A stretch of DNA of 32,000 nucleotides, from positions 630,001 through 662,000 of the forward strand of contig CP060262.1 of the NCBI GenBank assembly GCA_022646745.1, given 5' to 3'. The first letter of the stretch is position 1. Each line of letters begins with the position of its first letter. This document shows positions 7,496 to 15,289 of the stretch, piece after piece. The notes under the pieces are model-generated. The model was not told the origin of the DNA, ran no database searches, and saw nothing but the letters and a program-made list of their open reading frames with translations. Position numbers and translations under genes: made by a program. This DNA comes from Planctomycetales bacterium (lineage in GTDB: Bacteria; 4484-113; JAFGCY01).

Positions 7496-8926
7496 TCAGA
7501 TCTTCGAGAGGAAGTCCTGGCGGTACACGAACTCGCGTGCCACCTGGGGGGAGACGTTGCCGAGGTCCAGGCGCGGGTCATCACGGTCGATGAAGTGCGC
7601 CCGGTCGTTCGGGGTGTAGTCATCCACGAAGTACTTGCCGCTGTTGTTCCAGTAGGTGAACACCCTGCCGGCACTCTGGCTGTTGGCCTTCTTGTTGTCC
7701 TGCACCATGGTCTTGGCGATCGGAGAGGTTGAACCGAAGTCCATGGTCTCCGCGATCACCATGTAGACCGCATGCACGCCACTTGCCTCCAGGCGGTCCT
7801 GGATCCGGCCGTGGGACTGGCCATAGTAGTTGCCGTCCGGGAAGGGCTCGGGATCGAATGTCCACTCCGACTTGTACACCTCACCATCCGGGGAGAAGGT
7901 GATCAGGTACTGCAGGAACTGCATGTCCTTGTATTTGAACTCATCGATCGTGCCGTCGTTGTTCACATCCTCCCAGCCAGCCGGGTAGGTGTTCTTCCAG
8001 GGGTTCAGGAAGAAGACTTCCTCGGGCAGCTCAACCTTCTTGAGGATGATGTAGTCAAGGACCTGGTCCTTCATGCGCTGGCTGTCCACACCATGGGTGT
8101 AGATGCGCAGGCCGTTAACGTCGAAATCGATGGTGCGGTCGAAGCTGAGGATCTCCTGCTCGTCCGCGGTGCAGAACACCTTCATCGCCTGGTCGTTGCG
8201 GTCACCGGTATCCCAGGTCGGGGCGGTCGGGCCGTCGATCCAGCGGTCCACGTAATCCTGCGTGTCACTGCCACCGAGGCCGAGGTTTTGCGGATAGAAG
8301 ATCAGCGGGGTGGAGATGTCCATGAAGGCGCCATCCTCCGGGCCCGCTGCGCTGAAGGTCTCAGCAGCATCGTAGGGATAGAGCGGCTCGACGGGGTAAT
8401 CGGCGATGCCGGCGTTCCACGCGTCGTACTGGTTGAGCCAGTCGAGGTAGGTGAACGGCGCCTGGCCGGTCACAAGGCTCGGGTTGAAACCGCTGTCATA
8501 GGGCTTGAATCCGTTGGAATCCACCTCGATCCAGCGCGGACGTTCCTCCACGATGAAGTAGGTGTTCGCCGAACGGCTGATGCCCGGGTTATTCGGGTTG
8601 ATGTAGCTGCCGCTGGGGGTTCCGCTCGGGGCGGCATTGCTTGCGGTGTCACTGGTGGTGTCCCACCAGCCCTCACACTGGCGCGCATCCGGCGACATGT
8701 CGAATGCCATGAACACCCGGCTGCCGGTCTGCTCGGCCTTGGCACGCGCATAGCCGAAGTCGGTGGCGAAGATGTCCACCGCACTTGCGAGGTTGCGCTC
8801 CGGCCGTGAGGAGATGAAGCTCGGAACAGTGATCGCGATCAGGATCGCGAAAATGAGCAGCACGACGAGGAGCTCGATGAGCGAGAAACCCCGTGTTCCA
8901 TCTGATTTTCGACCCCAGTTATTCAT
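7496..8926 (-). CDS. GspH/FimT-like minor pseudopilin, enlarged (about 476 aa)
   Basis: MNNWGRKSDGTRGFSLIELLVVLLIFAILIAITVPSFISSRPERNLASAVDIFATDFGYARAKAEQTGSRVFMAF matches the GspH/FimT N-terminal pattern (PSF..., L..A...ARA.A). The ATG at 8924-8926 has AAGGA 8 nt upstream; the ORF-track start at 8947 is a TTG. Confidence 0.75.
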   Translation of the reverse strand: MNNWGRKSDGTRGFSLIELLVVLLIFAILIAITVPSFISSRPERNLASAVDIFATDFGYARAKAEQTGSRVFMAFDMSPDARQCEGWWDTTSDTASNAAPSGTPSGSYINPNNPGISRSANTYFIVEERPRWIEVDSNGFKPYDSGFNPSLVTGQAPFTYLDWLNQYDAWNAGIADYPVEPLYPYDAAETFSAAGPEDGAFMDISTPLIFYPQNLGLGGSDTQDYVDRWIDGPTAPTWDTGDRNDQAMKVFCTADEQEILSFDRTIDFDVNGLRIYTHGVDSQRMKDQVLDYIILKKVELPEEVFFLNPWKNTYPAGWEDVNNDGTIDEFKYKDMQFLQYLITFSPDGEVYKSEWTFDPEPFPDGNYYGQSHGRIQDRLEASGVHAVYMVIAETMDFGSTSPIAKTMVQDNKKANSQSAGRVFTYWNNSGKYFVDDYTPNDRAHFIDRDDPRLDLGNVSPQVAREFVYRQDFLSKI

Positions 8927-9140
8927 ATGGTCCGTCCTTGCATTCAACGGGCAATGTTACATTGTACCCATTCGGTAGTCAATTCCACGCCACCGCGCGG
9001 AATGGCCCTCCGGTGGCCGCCCGCACAGACTAAGACGTCGAGATCCGCGCGGGGTTACCTCAAAGTCTGACTTTCAGGCCGGGTGGCCGGTTCCGTGGGT
9101 GCGATACATTACTAGTATTGCTGTGTTATCCTAGTGCGCT

Positions 9141-9665
9141 ATGCTCGAAATCCCCAGCTACTTCACGCGGCTTTACACGGCTGCTGAAATCGACAAGCGC
9201 GTGGACGAGATCGCCGCGCAGATCACCGAGGACTTCGCCGGTCGCAAGGTGCATCTGGTCGGCGTGCTGCGCGGGGCCAACATCTTCCTGTCAGACCTGG
9301 TGCGCCGCATCGAGGTCCCGCTGAGCTACGACTTCCTCGCGGTATCGAGCTATTCCGGCACCTCCAGCACCGGCGTCGTGCGCCTGATCAAGGACCTGGA
9401 CGAGAGCATCGAAAGCGAGCATGTGATCGTGGTCGAGGACATCATCGACAGCGGCCTGACACTGAACTACATCCTCGAGCAGCTGCAGCACCGCAAGCCG
9501 GCCAGCGTGCACGTCTGCGCCTTCCTGAACCGGCCGCACAGCCGCAAGGTGGAGATGAAGATCGACTACACTGGATTTGAGATCCCGGACAAGTTCGTTG
9601 TGGGCTACGGTCTGGACTTCGAGCAGAAGTGGCGCCAGCTGCCTGACATCTGGGCGATCAACTAG
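9141..9665 (+). CDS. hpt: Hypoxanthine(-guanine) phosphoribosyltransferase
   Basis: 174 aa. It has the PRPP-binding motif VIVVEDIIDSGLTL, plus VGVLRGANIFLSDL and FVVGYGLDF, and a typical 6-oxopurine PRTase length. Confidence 0.93.
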   Translation: MLEIPSYFTRLYTAAEIDKRVDEIAAQITEDFAGRKVHLVGVLRGANIFLSDLVRRIEVPLSYDFLAVSSYSGTSSTGVVRLIKDLDESIESEHVIVVEDIIDSGLTLNYILEQLQHRKPASVHVCAFLNRPHSRKVEMKIDYTGFEIPDKFVVGYGLDFEQKWRQLPDIWAIN

Positions 9666-9674
9666 GACCGGGCG

Positions 9675-10301
9675 ATGTGGTCGCCCGACTACTACCGGCT
9701 ATCTGACAGGCAGCGCATCATCGCGCTGATCCGCGAATATCCCTTCGGCGTGCTCAGCATGAGCGACCGTGACGGCCGGATGCAGGGCGTGCACCTGCCT
9801 TTCCTCGTCGATGAACTGCCTGACGGATCAATTGAATTCGTGGCACACATGGCCCGAGCCAACCCATTGCATGATTCGTTTGATGGTGAGCGGGAAGCAC
9901 TGGTCGTTTTCAGCGGCCCGCATGGCTATGTCTCACCTTCCGACTATGCCAGTGATGGCCAGGTGCCGACCTGGAACTACATCGCAGTGCATGCCGTCGG
10001 CAAGCCGGAGAAGTATGGTGACGGACCTGACAGCGAGCTGGCAATCGAGCGCCTTGTTGAAGCCATGGAACCGGGCGACAGCGGCTGGCGGATGGCAATG
10101 CTGGATGAGCGTAAGCGCGATGGCCTGCTGCGTGGCATCGTGGCCTTCAGGATGCTGATTGACAGGCTGGACGGCAAGCTCAAGCTCAACCAGAATAAGA
10201 ATGCAAAGGACATCAGAAACGTAGCCGCCAGGCAGGCTGCACTTGGCAACACTGACCTGGCGGACTGGATGATCTCTGAACTGGAGCGGGGTGTGGACTA
10301 G
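9675..10301 (+). CDS. PaiB-family FMN-binding putative transcriptional regulator
   Basis: 208 aa with characteristic motifs: LIREYPFGVL, HLPF, AHMARANP, FSGPHGYVSPSDY, VPTWNY, GKLKLNQNK. Confidence 0.85.
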   Translation: MWSPDYYRLSDRQRIIALIREYPFGVLSMSDRDGRMQGVHLPFLVDELPDGSIEFVAHMARANPLHDSFDGEREALVVFSGPHGYVSPSDYASDGQVPTWNYIAVHAVGKPEKYGDGPDSELAIERLVEAMEPGDSGWRMAMLDERKRDGLLRGIVAFRMLIDRLDGKLKLNQNKNAKDIRNVAARQAALGNTDLADWMISELERGVD

Positions 10302-11227
10302 CTGGCTGGACCCATGATGCCGAGCATCAGGCCACCGGGGGCCACGAAGTAGCCGAAGGTGGCAATGTCCTCCATCCCCATCGCATCGCCGAAGGTGGTC
10401 CCGCCGGCAGCGGTGACTGCATCCAGCGTGGCCTGCACGTCATCGCTCCAGATGTAAGCCATCACCTTTGCATCCGGCGTATGGTTCTGGAACACGCCGG
10501 AAATTCCGCTGCCGGGGTGGAATTCGAGGTAGCCATCCATGCCGGGCTTGACGCCCCAGCCGAACAGCTTGCCATAGAACTTCGTTGTCATCGCGGAATC
10601 ACCGCTATAGATCTCAAGCCCGCAGAACTGGCCGGGCACACCGCTGGCACCGGGCCCGACCGGATTGGCAACGTCCTCAGCGGGCAGGGCCTGGTCGATC
10701 AGGCCGACGATCACGCCGCTGGCATCCATGAACATCGCGATGTTCGGCATGTCAGGCGCGATCGGCATCTTCTCCATGAAAGTGCTGCCACCCATCGCAT
10801 CCACCTCAGCCAGCTTGGCGTCGATGTCCGGATTGTACAGATAGTAAGCCGTCTGCTGCGGCATCTCCGGGTTCTGGCTCAGGCCGCAACCCAGCACACC
10901 CTTCTCCATGTCCGGCATCCAGATGCTGTAGCCGTCCATGAAAGGCATCACCTGCCAGCCAAACACCGTAGACATGAATGCACTGGTGGCATCAATGTCA
11001 GCAGTGGTGAACTCCAGCCAGGCGACCCAGTGCTCACCGGTGCCGACCGGCATCTGTGCCGTGCCCTTGGTCATTTCCATCTCCATCTGCATCCCGGCGA
11101 CGGCCTGCTCACCACTGCCGAAGTACTTCGCAGTGTCGTTGTCACCGAAGCCGCGAGCCTCGGCATTGCCAAGCATCGCCATTGTGGCGGCAGTTGCTGT
11201 GATAAGCGCTGTTGCAATCCTGCGCAT
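10298..11227 (-). CDS. Exported tandem-VOC (glyoxalase/bleomycin-resistance fold, Rv0577-like) protein, Met-rich
   Basis: Signal peptide MRRIATALITATAATMAMLGNAEA. Two VOC-like halves: FMSTVFGWQV...AMFMDASGVIVGLI and TTKFYGKLFGWGV...FGYFVAPGGLMLGIMGP. AAGGAG lies 9 nt upstream of the ATG. By my hand count about 29 of 309 residues are Met, including MQMEMEM. Confidence 0.8.
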   Translation of the reverse strand: MRRIATALITATAATMAMLGNAEARGFGDNDTAKYFGSGEQAVAGMQMEMEMTKGTAQMPVGTGEHWVAWLEFTTADIDATSAFMSTVFGWQVMPFMDGYSIWMPDMEKGVLGCGLSQNPEMPQQTAYYLYNPDIDAKLAEVDAMGGSTFMEKMPIAPDMPNIAMFMDASGVIVGLIDQALPAEDVANPVGPGASGVPGQFCGLEIYSGDSAMTTKFYGKLFGWGVKPGMDGYLEFHPGSGISGVFQNHTPDAKVMAYIWSDDVQATLDAVTAAGGTTFGDAMGMEDIATFGYFVAPGGLMLGIMGPAS

Positions 11228-11284
11228 GACTGAATACTCCTTTTATGAACCATCCCGCGCTTGTGGCGTGGAGGCGAAATGATA

Positions 11285-12073
11285 TCAGTTTCCGGCCGGG
11301 CCGATCAGGCCCAGCACCACTCCATTTGGATCGGAGAAGTAGCCGAACATCCCCATGCCGGGCATGGCCGCCGCCTCGCCGATCTGCTTGCCGCCGCTGG
11401 CAACGATCTTCTCGAGTGCCGCCATCACGTCCGTCACGTAGATGTAGATCATCACCGGGGCCTGCGGCGTATGTCCCTGGAACACTCCGCCGACACCGGC
11501 TCCGGGGTCGTACATCATGTACTGCGGCCCCATGGACGCGGTGCCCCAGCCGAACAGCCCGCCGTAGAAGTTCTCCGCCTCGGACAGGTCCGTACCTCCG
11601 TGGATCTCCACACTGCAGACGGTGTTCGGCTCAACCGGTTCAGGTGCCGTCCACGGAGCCGGCACATATGGCTGGGGCGATTTGGCACCGTCAAACAGCC
11701 CGAGGTGCACCCCCTGGGCATTCCTGACAATCGCAGAGTTCGGCATGTCTGGACCGATCGGCTGCTTTGGCTCAACCAGTTCGCCGCCGCGCGCCACGAC
11801 CTTCGCCACAACATCGTCAATGTCGGGCACCGCGATGTAGAACAGCGAGTTTGGCAGTTCATCGCGCCAGCCCTTGCTGAAGCCCATCCCGAGATGTCCC
11901 GGTGCATAGTGCACCTTGAACGTGTCGCCAAAGTCGGACAGCTCCCAGCCGAACACAGTGCCATAGAAATCATGTGCCTTCTGGAGATCCGTTGAGCGGA
12001 TCTCCACCCAGCAGATCGGGTGCTCCCCACTACCACGCGGCGCCTGCGGTGCGCCGCCCGTTGCATCTGACAT
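11285..12073 (-). CDS. Cytoplasmic tandem-VOC protein (Rv0577/CFP32-like)
   Basis: ICWVEIRSTDLQKAHDFYGTVFGWEL...DIDDVVAKVVARGGELVEPKQPIGPDMPNSAIVRNAQGVHLGLF, and a second half VCSVEIHGGTDLSEAENFYGGLFGWG...GMFGYFSDPNGVVLGLIGP. I prefer the start at 12073 (MSDATGG...) because GGGAGG lies 6 nt upstream; the ORF track extends to 12166. Confidence 0.8.
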   Translation of the reverse strand: MSDATGGAPQAPRGSGEHPICWVEIRSTDLQKAHDFYGTVFGWELSDFGDTFKVHYAPGHLGMGFSKGWRDELPNSLFYIAVPDIDDVVAKVVARGGELVEPKQPIGPDMPNSAIVRNAQGVHLGLFDGAKSPQPYVPAPWTAPEPVEPNTVCSVEIHGGTDLSEAENFYGGLFGWGTASMGPQYMMYDPGAGVGGVFQGHTPQAPVMIYIYVTDVMAALEKIVASGGKQIGEAAAMPGMGMFGYFSDPNGVVLGLIGPAGN

Positions 12074-12169
12074 TTCCCGCCTCCCGTTATTCCTGGCTTC
12101 CCCCGAAGCAGTATGAGGATAGCGGCTGGCCCGTGATCTCCACAAGCCAGCCGCAGCATTGTCCAAGTA

Positions 12170-13036
12170 TCAGGCAGTTGCGCCTTCCGGCACATAGCCG
12201 TCGGTCTGCACCTTGCTCCAGTCGCTGCCCAGCTCGAGCATTGCCTTCAGCGAGACGAGGAAGCTCGTCCAGCCGGCGTGGTAGTCCTGGGTCTTGCGCT
12301 CGCCGAAGCCGCTGTGCAGCAGGCTGATCCGCGTCCGTCCACTGCTTTCCTTGAGCTCCCAGCGCACCACCGTATCGTCCTCAGTCCCCCACAGCCAGCG
12401 CACCTCGAGGCTGCGGCCGGGTTCGAGGCTGACAACGCTCTGGGGCCCGCCGTTCTCCCAGCCGTAACTGAATTCACCTCCCGGCTCCAGCACGACACGT
12501 GCCCCGCTGGCGAAGAAGCGGTCCAGCTGCCCGGGATCCGTGAGGCCTTCCCAGACTGCCGAGGCCCCGCTGGCAACTTCCACTGCGCAGTCCACCGGGC
12601 CGCGCACATGGTTGTAGTCACACCTGAGGATCTGCGCATGCCCATGGGCATGCAGGCGCAGGTTCTCCAGTGCGGCCACCCAGAAGTCCGTCATCGATCC
12701 GCTGCCCTCCTCCCACTCGCGGTTGCCATGGGTCACGAGCTTCACTACGGTGGCATCGCCGTCGCCGTCCAGCGTGAACTCAACCACCGTGTCATTGCCA
12801 TTCACATGCCAGACATAGCTCAGGCTGCGGTCCTGCTGAAATCCCTTCAGCTGCTGCTGTGCTTCGGATGGCAGCCCCGGAGTGTAGCGGCCCCAGAATC
12901 CGTAGCTCCCCCCTGCCAGGTCCACCCTGGCATGCTCAGCGAACCACTGTTCCAGTTCACTGGTCGTTGTCAGCAGGCGGAAGACCTCCGCTGCCGGCCG
13001 GTTGATCCTCACGGTCGTGTTGATAGTCTTGCTCAT
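12170..13036 (-). CDS. Tandem SRPBCC (Aha1/AHSA1-domain) protein
   Basis: The N-terminal half reads TVRINRPAAEVFRLLTTTSELEQWFAEHARVDLAGGSYGFWG. The C-terminal half reads VEVASGASAVWEGLTDPGQLDRFF...RISLLHSGFGERKTQDYHAGWTSFLVSLKAMLE. GGAG lies 7 nt upstream of the ATG. Confidence 0.8.
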   Translation of the reverse strand: MSKTINTTVRINRPAAEVFRLLTTTSELEQWFAEHARVDLAGGSYGFWGRYTPGLPSEAQQQLKGFQQDRSLSYVWHVNGNDTVVEFTLDGDGDATVVKLVTHGNREWEEGSGSMTDFWVAALENLRLHAHGHAQILRCDYNHVRGPVDCAVEVASGASAVWEGLTDPGQLDRFFASGARVVLEPGGEFSYGWENGGPQSVVSLEPGRSLEVRWLWGTEDDTVVRWELKESSGRTRISLLHSGFGERKTQDYHAGWTSFLVSLKAMLELGSDWSKVQTDGYVPEGATA

Positions 13037-13068
13037 TTCAGTGCTCCGTTGTCAGTTTCATGTGTTGG

Positions 13069-13968
13069 TCAGATGGCCCAGCCGTCCGGCCTGGCCAGTA
13101 CTTCCACCTTGCGATCGCTGTTGCCTTCGGCAAGCTCACGCAGCTCGACAAGGAAGTGGAACCAGCCGGCTTCGTAGTCGTGCTTCTGCGCCTCGTTCGG
13201 GAAACCGCTGTGCACCAGCGTCAGCCGGGTGCGCCCCCCGCTGCCGCTGAGCTTCCAGGTGATGAAGGTTTCGGGATCAGTGCCGTGGTACCAGTCGGTG
13301 TGGATCAGTTCATTGGGCTTGAAGCTGATCACCTTCGTCGGGCCCTCATTCGGACCCCAGCCGTAGCTGTACTTGCCACCTTCCCTGAGCTCAACCTCCG
13401 GCCCCTCGCCTCCGAAGATCCCTTTCAGGCCGTCACTGCTGGCGAGGATGTTGTAGACGGTCTCGCGCTCCGCGGCAATGTCAATCCCGACTTCAAGTTG
13501 CCCGGTCTGCTGCTCGGCCCCGAATTCGAAGATGCCCGGCCGGCTGCCGGTCTCGCAATAGCCTCGCAGGGCCAGCAGCACCCACTGCCAGTATTCGATC
13601 ATCGTCACTTCGGTCTCGCCTCGGCGAGGCACATCCGTATGTGCCAGCTCGACGCAGCAGGCATCGCCGTCGCCACTGAGCTGGAAGGACAGCCCGGTGT
13701 TTCCACCACGGAATTGCCAGTTTAGTTCCAGCCTGCTGCCATCTTCATAACCGGCCAGGCTGAACTTGTCAGTGCCATCACATGGACTGTCCGGCAGCCG
13801 GTTGCCACACAGCTTGAAGCGGCCCGCCGGCAGGTCCACGTCCGCCTTGTCACTGAGCCAGCCGTTTAGCTGCTGCCAGTCCGTCAGCGCCCGCCAGACC
13901 TTCTCCCGGCTGGACCTGATATCGATTGCCAGCCTGACCTCAAACCGTTCCTGTTCCATTCCGCTCAT
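13069..13968 (-). CDS. Tandem SRPBCC (Aha1-domain) protein
   Basis: MSGMEQERFEVRLAIDIRSSREKVWRALTDWQQLNGWL..., with a second half ...GIDIAAERETVYNILASSDGLKGIF...RLTLVHSGFPNEAQKHDYEAGWFHFLVELRELAE. The ATG at 13966-13968 has GGGAG 5 nt upstream; the ORF-track start at 13980 is a TTG. Confidence 0.8.
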   Translation of the reverse strand: MSGMEQERFEVRLAIDIRSSREKVWRALTDWQQLNGWLSDKADVDLPAGRFKLCGNRLPDSPCDGTDKFSLAGYEDGSRLELNWQFRGGNTGLSFQLSGDGDACCVELAHTDVPRRGETEVTMIEYWQWVLLALRGYCETGSRPGIFEFGAEQQTGQLEVGIDIAAERETVYNILASSDGLKGIFGGEGPEVELREGGKYSYGWGPNEGPTKVISFKPNELIHTDWYHGTDPETFITWKLSGSGGRTRLTLVHSGFPNEAQKHDYEAGWFHFLVELRELAEGNSDRKVEVLARPDGWAI

Positions 13969-14041
13969 GTCTTCTCCCAAATGTTGTCAGTATTGCCCGC
14001 CGGCGTTCCCGGCGCTTTTCACTTTGCCGCCCCTGCAGCAA

Positions 14042-14542
14042 CTATACGCTTCGCAGCAGGGTCCGTCCTCCCTGCTCAAGTGCCGCAGACACCAGCGGGG
14101 GCATCGCTAACGGCTGAGCATTCTCGATCTGGCCCCTCAGGTTCAGCAGTGCCGCACTCCAGCTTTCAGCCAGGCGGATCCGCTCAGCGTCAGCCAGTTC
14201 ATCCAGCCCGCGCATGCTGAACTGGATGTTCAGTCCGCCGATGGTGGAACTGAGGATGAACTCAAGCTCAACTTCCACCCCTGCGTACCGCTGGCACAGC
14301 ACCAGCAGCTCCGGCGCGCGGCTGGCAATCAGCTGGACGGCATCCGCCCACTGTCCCGGGCTGCCTGCCAGGCTACGTCCCCACAGTCGGTAGATCCCGC
14401 GCTCGAGCTCCACCTCCGCTCCCTCGCACAGCCACTGCCTGAGCCTGGCTGGTTCTGTCAGCGCGGCAAACACCTGTGGCTTGCCTGCCCTGACAACCAA
14501 GTTCGTACGCAGCATTCCGGCACACCGCTTGAATCCCTGCAT
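14042..14542 (-). CDS. Single-domain SRPBCC-like protein
   Basis: MQGFKRCAGMLRTNLVVRAGKPQVFAALTEPARLRQWLCEGAEVELERGIYRLWG... The ATG at 14540-14542 has GAGAGG about 6 nt upstream. The longer ORF-track form (to 14701) would overlap the ArsR gene and has an Arg/Ala/Thr-rich N-terminus that looks non-coding. Confidence 0.65.
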   Translation of the reverse strand: MQGFKRCAGMLRTNLVVRAGKPQVFAALTEPARLRQWLCEGAEVELERGIYRLWGRSLAGSPGQWADAVQLIASRAPELLVLCQRYAGVEVELEFILSSTIGGLNIQFSMRGLDELADAERIRLAESWSAALLNLRGQIENAQPLAMPPLVSAALEQGGRTLLRSV

Positions 14543-14621
14543 GTCACACCTCTCATTCATTTCCTGTTTCCGCGCGCCAGTGGCAGCCGAAGCTGCATGG
14601 CAGTCACGGGTTGCGGGCCGC

Positions 14622-15224
14622 TTAGTTGGGCGAGGGCCCGCCCTCGTCGGTGCTGTCCGGATTGCGGTAGCAGGCCAGCACCAGCTTGAAGATGTCCGCA
14701 CCGTCGCGCGGCACTCCGTCGTCAGCTCCGTACTTCTCCGCGAGGAACTGGATCAGCTGCTGCAGTTCCGCCATGAACTCCCCTCGCTGCGAGGCATCAG
14801 CCAGCTCGATCTGGGCACTCAGGTTGAGCGTCGGGGTCTCGTCCCGCATCATCGCGAGGCGATTTGAATCACGTGCCAGTTCATCCGCGAGACCCATCAT
14901 GTATCCGACGCTCAGGTTGTCCCTGAGCTTCTCCCTTCCTCCGAGGGCTGCCACGAGCGCTGGTGCGAAGGACACGCTCTGGGCGGTGACCCGGTAGATC
15001 GCTTCCTTCAGGCCACGGGCCTGCCGCTCATCCACCTGCTCCACGAACCCGGCCTTCTCCAGCACCTTGACGTGGTAGTGCACCTTCTGCGGCGTCAGCC
15101 CCAGGTTGCCTGCAATCTCGGTGCAGGAGTGCGGCTCCGCCAGCAGGTGCATGATGTCCATGCGCAGCGGCTTGAGCAGTACCCTTGCCTCACCGAGGCT
15201 CCCGACTACCTGTTCCTTCTTCAC
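14622..15224 (-). CDS. ArsR/SmtB-type winged-helix transcriptional regulator with about 100-aa C-terminal extension
   Basis: LLKPLRMDIMHLLAEPHSCTEIAGNLGLTPQKVHYHVKVLEKAGFVEQ matches the ArsR HTH pattern. It has a GTG start at 15222-15224. It is the first gene of the SRPBCC/VOC operon. Only one Cys lies in the region where metal-sensing ArsR proteins carry CxC. Confidence 0.8.
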   Translation of the reverse strand: MKKEQVVGSLGEARVLLKPLRMDIMHLLAEPHSCTEIAGNLGLTPQKVHYHVKVLEKAGFVEQVDERQARGLKEAIYRVTAQSVSFAPALVAALGGREKLRDNLSVGYMMGLADELARDSNRLAMMRDETPTLNLSAQIELADASQRGEFMAELQQLIQFLAEKYGADDGVPRDGADIFKLVLACYRNPDSTDEGGPSPN

Positions 15225-15256
15225 CTTTTCGCTCGCTCCTCGAAGCTGATACTGTG

Positions 15257-15284
15257 ATTATACAAATTTATTTGTATAAAGCAA
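15257..15284 (-). promoter_or_regulatory. Candidate sigma70-type promoter of the ArsR operon, with an operator-like palindrome as its spacer
   Basis: Read on the minus strand: TTGCTT (15279-15284), a 16-17-nt spacer, then a perfect TATAAT (15257-15262). The inverted repeat TATACAAAT-tt-ATTTGTATA (15259-15278) fills the spacer and overlaps the -10. Confidence 0.5.
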
Positions 15285-15289
15285 GTGAT

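Noticed and set aside
8978-8992. A sigma54-like element (minus strand TGGCGTGGAATTGAC) upstream of the GspH-like gene. Nearby are a 6+1+6 palindrome CAATGTtACATTG (8952-8964) and a TACAAT (8961-8966).
   Set aside because: The GG/GC spacing is off by one relative to TGGCAC-N5-TTGC, and GC is replaced by GA, so it does not fit the -24/-12 consensus. TACAAT lacks a properly spaced -35. I left these unannotated as promoters, though the palindrome could still be an operator.
12074-12166. An N-terminal extension (MDNAAAGLWRSRASRYPHTASGEARNNGRRE) of the cytoplasmic VOC ORF
   Set aside because: A strong GGGAGG SD precedes the internal ATG at 12073, and VOC homology starts shortly after it. The extension has no signal-peptide or domain character.
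14543-14701. An N-terminal extension of the small SRPBCC ORF that overlaps the ArsR gene
   Set aside because: The extension is Arg/Ala/Thr/Pro-rich and overlaps the 3' end of the ArsR-type gene by 80 nt. An ATG with a good GAGAGG SD exists at 14542.
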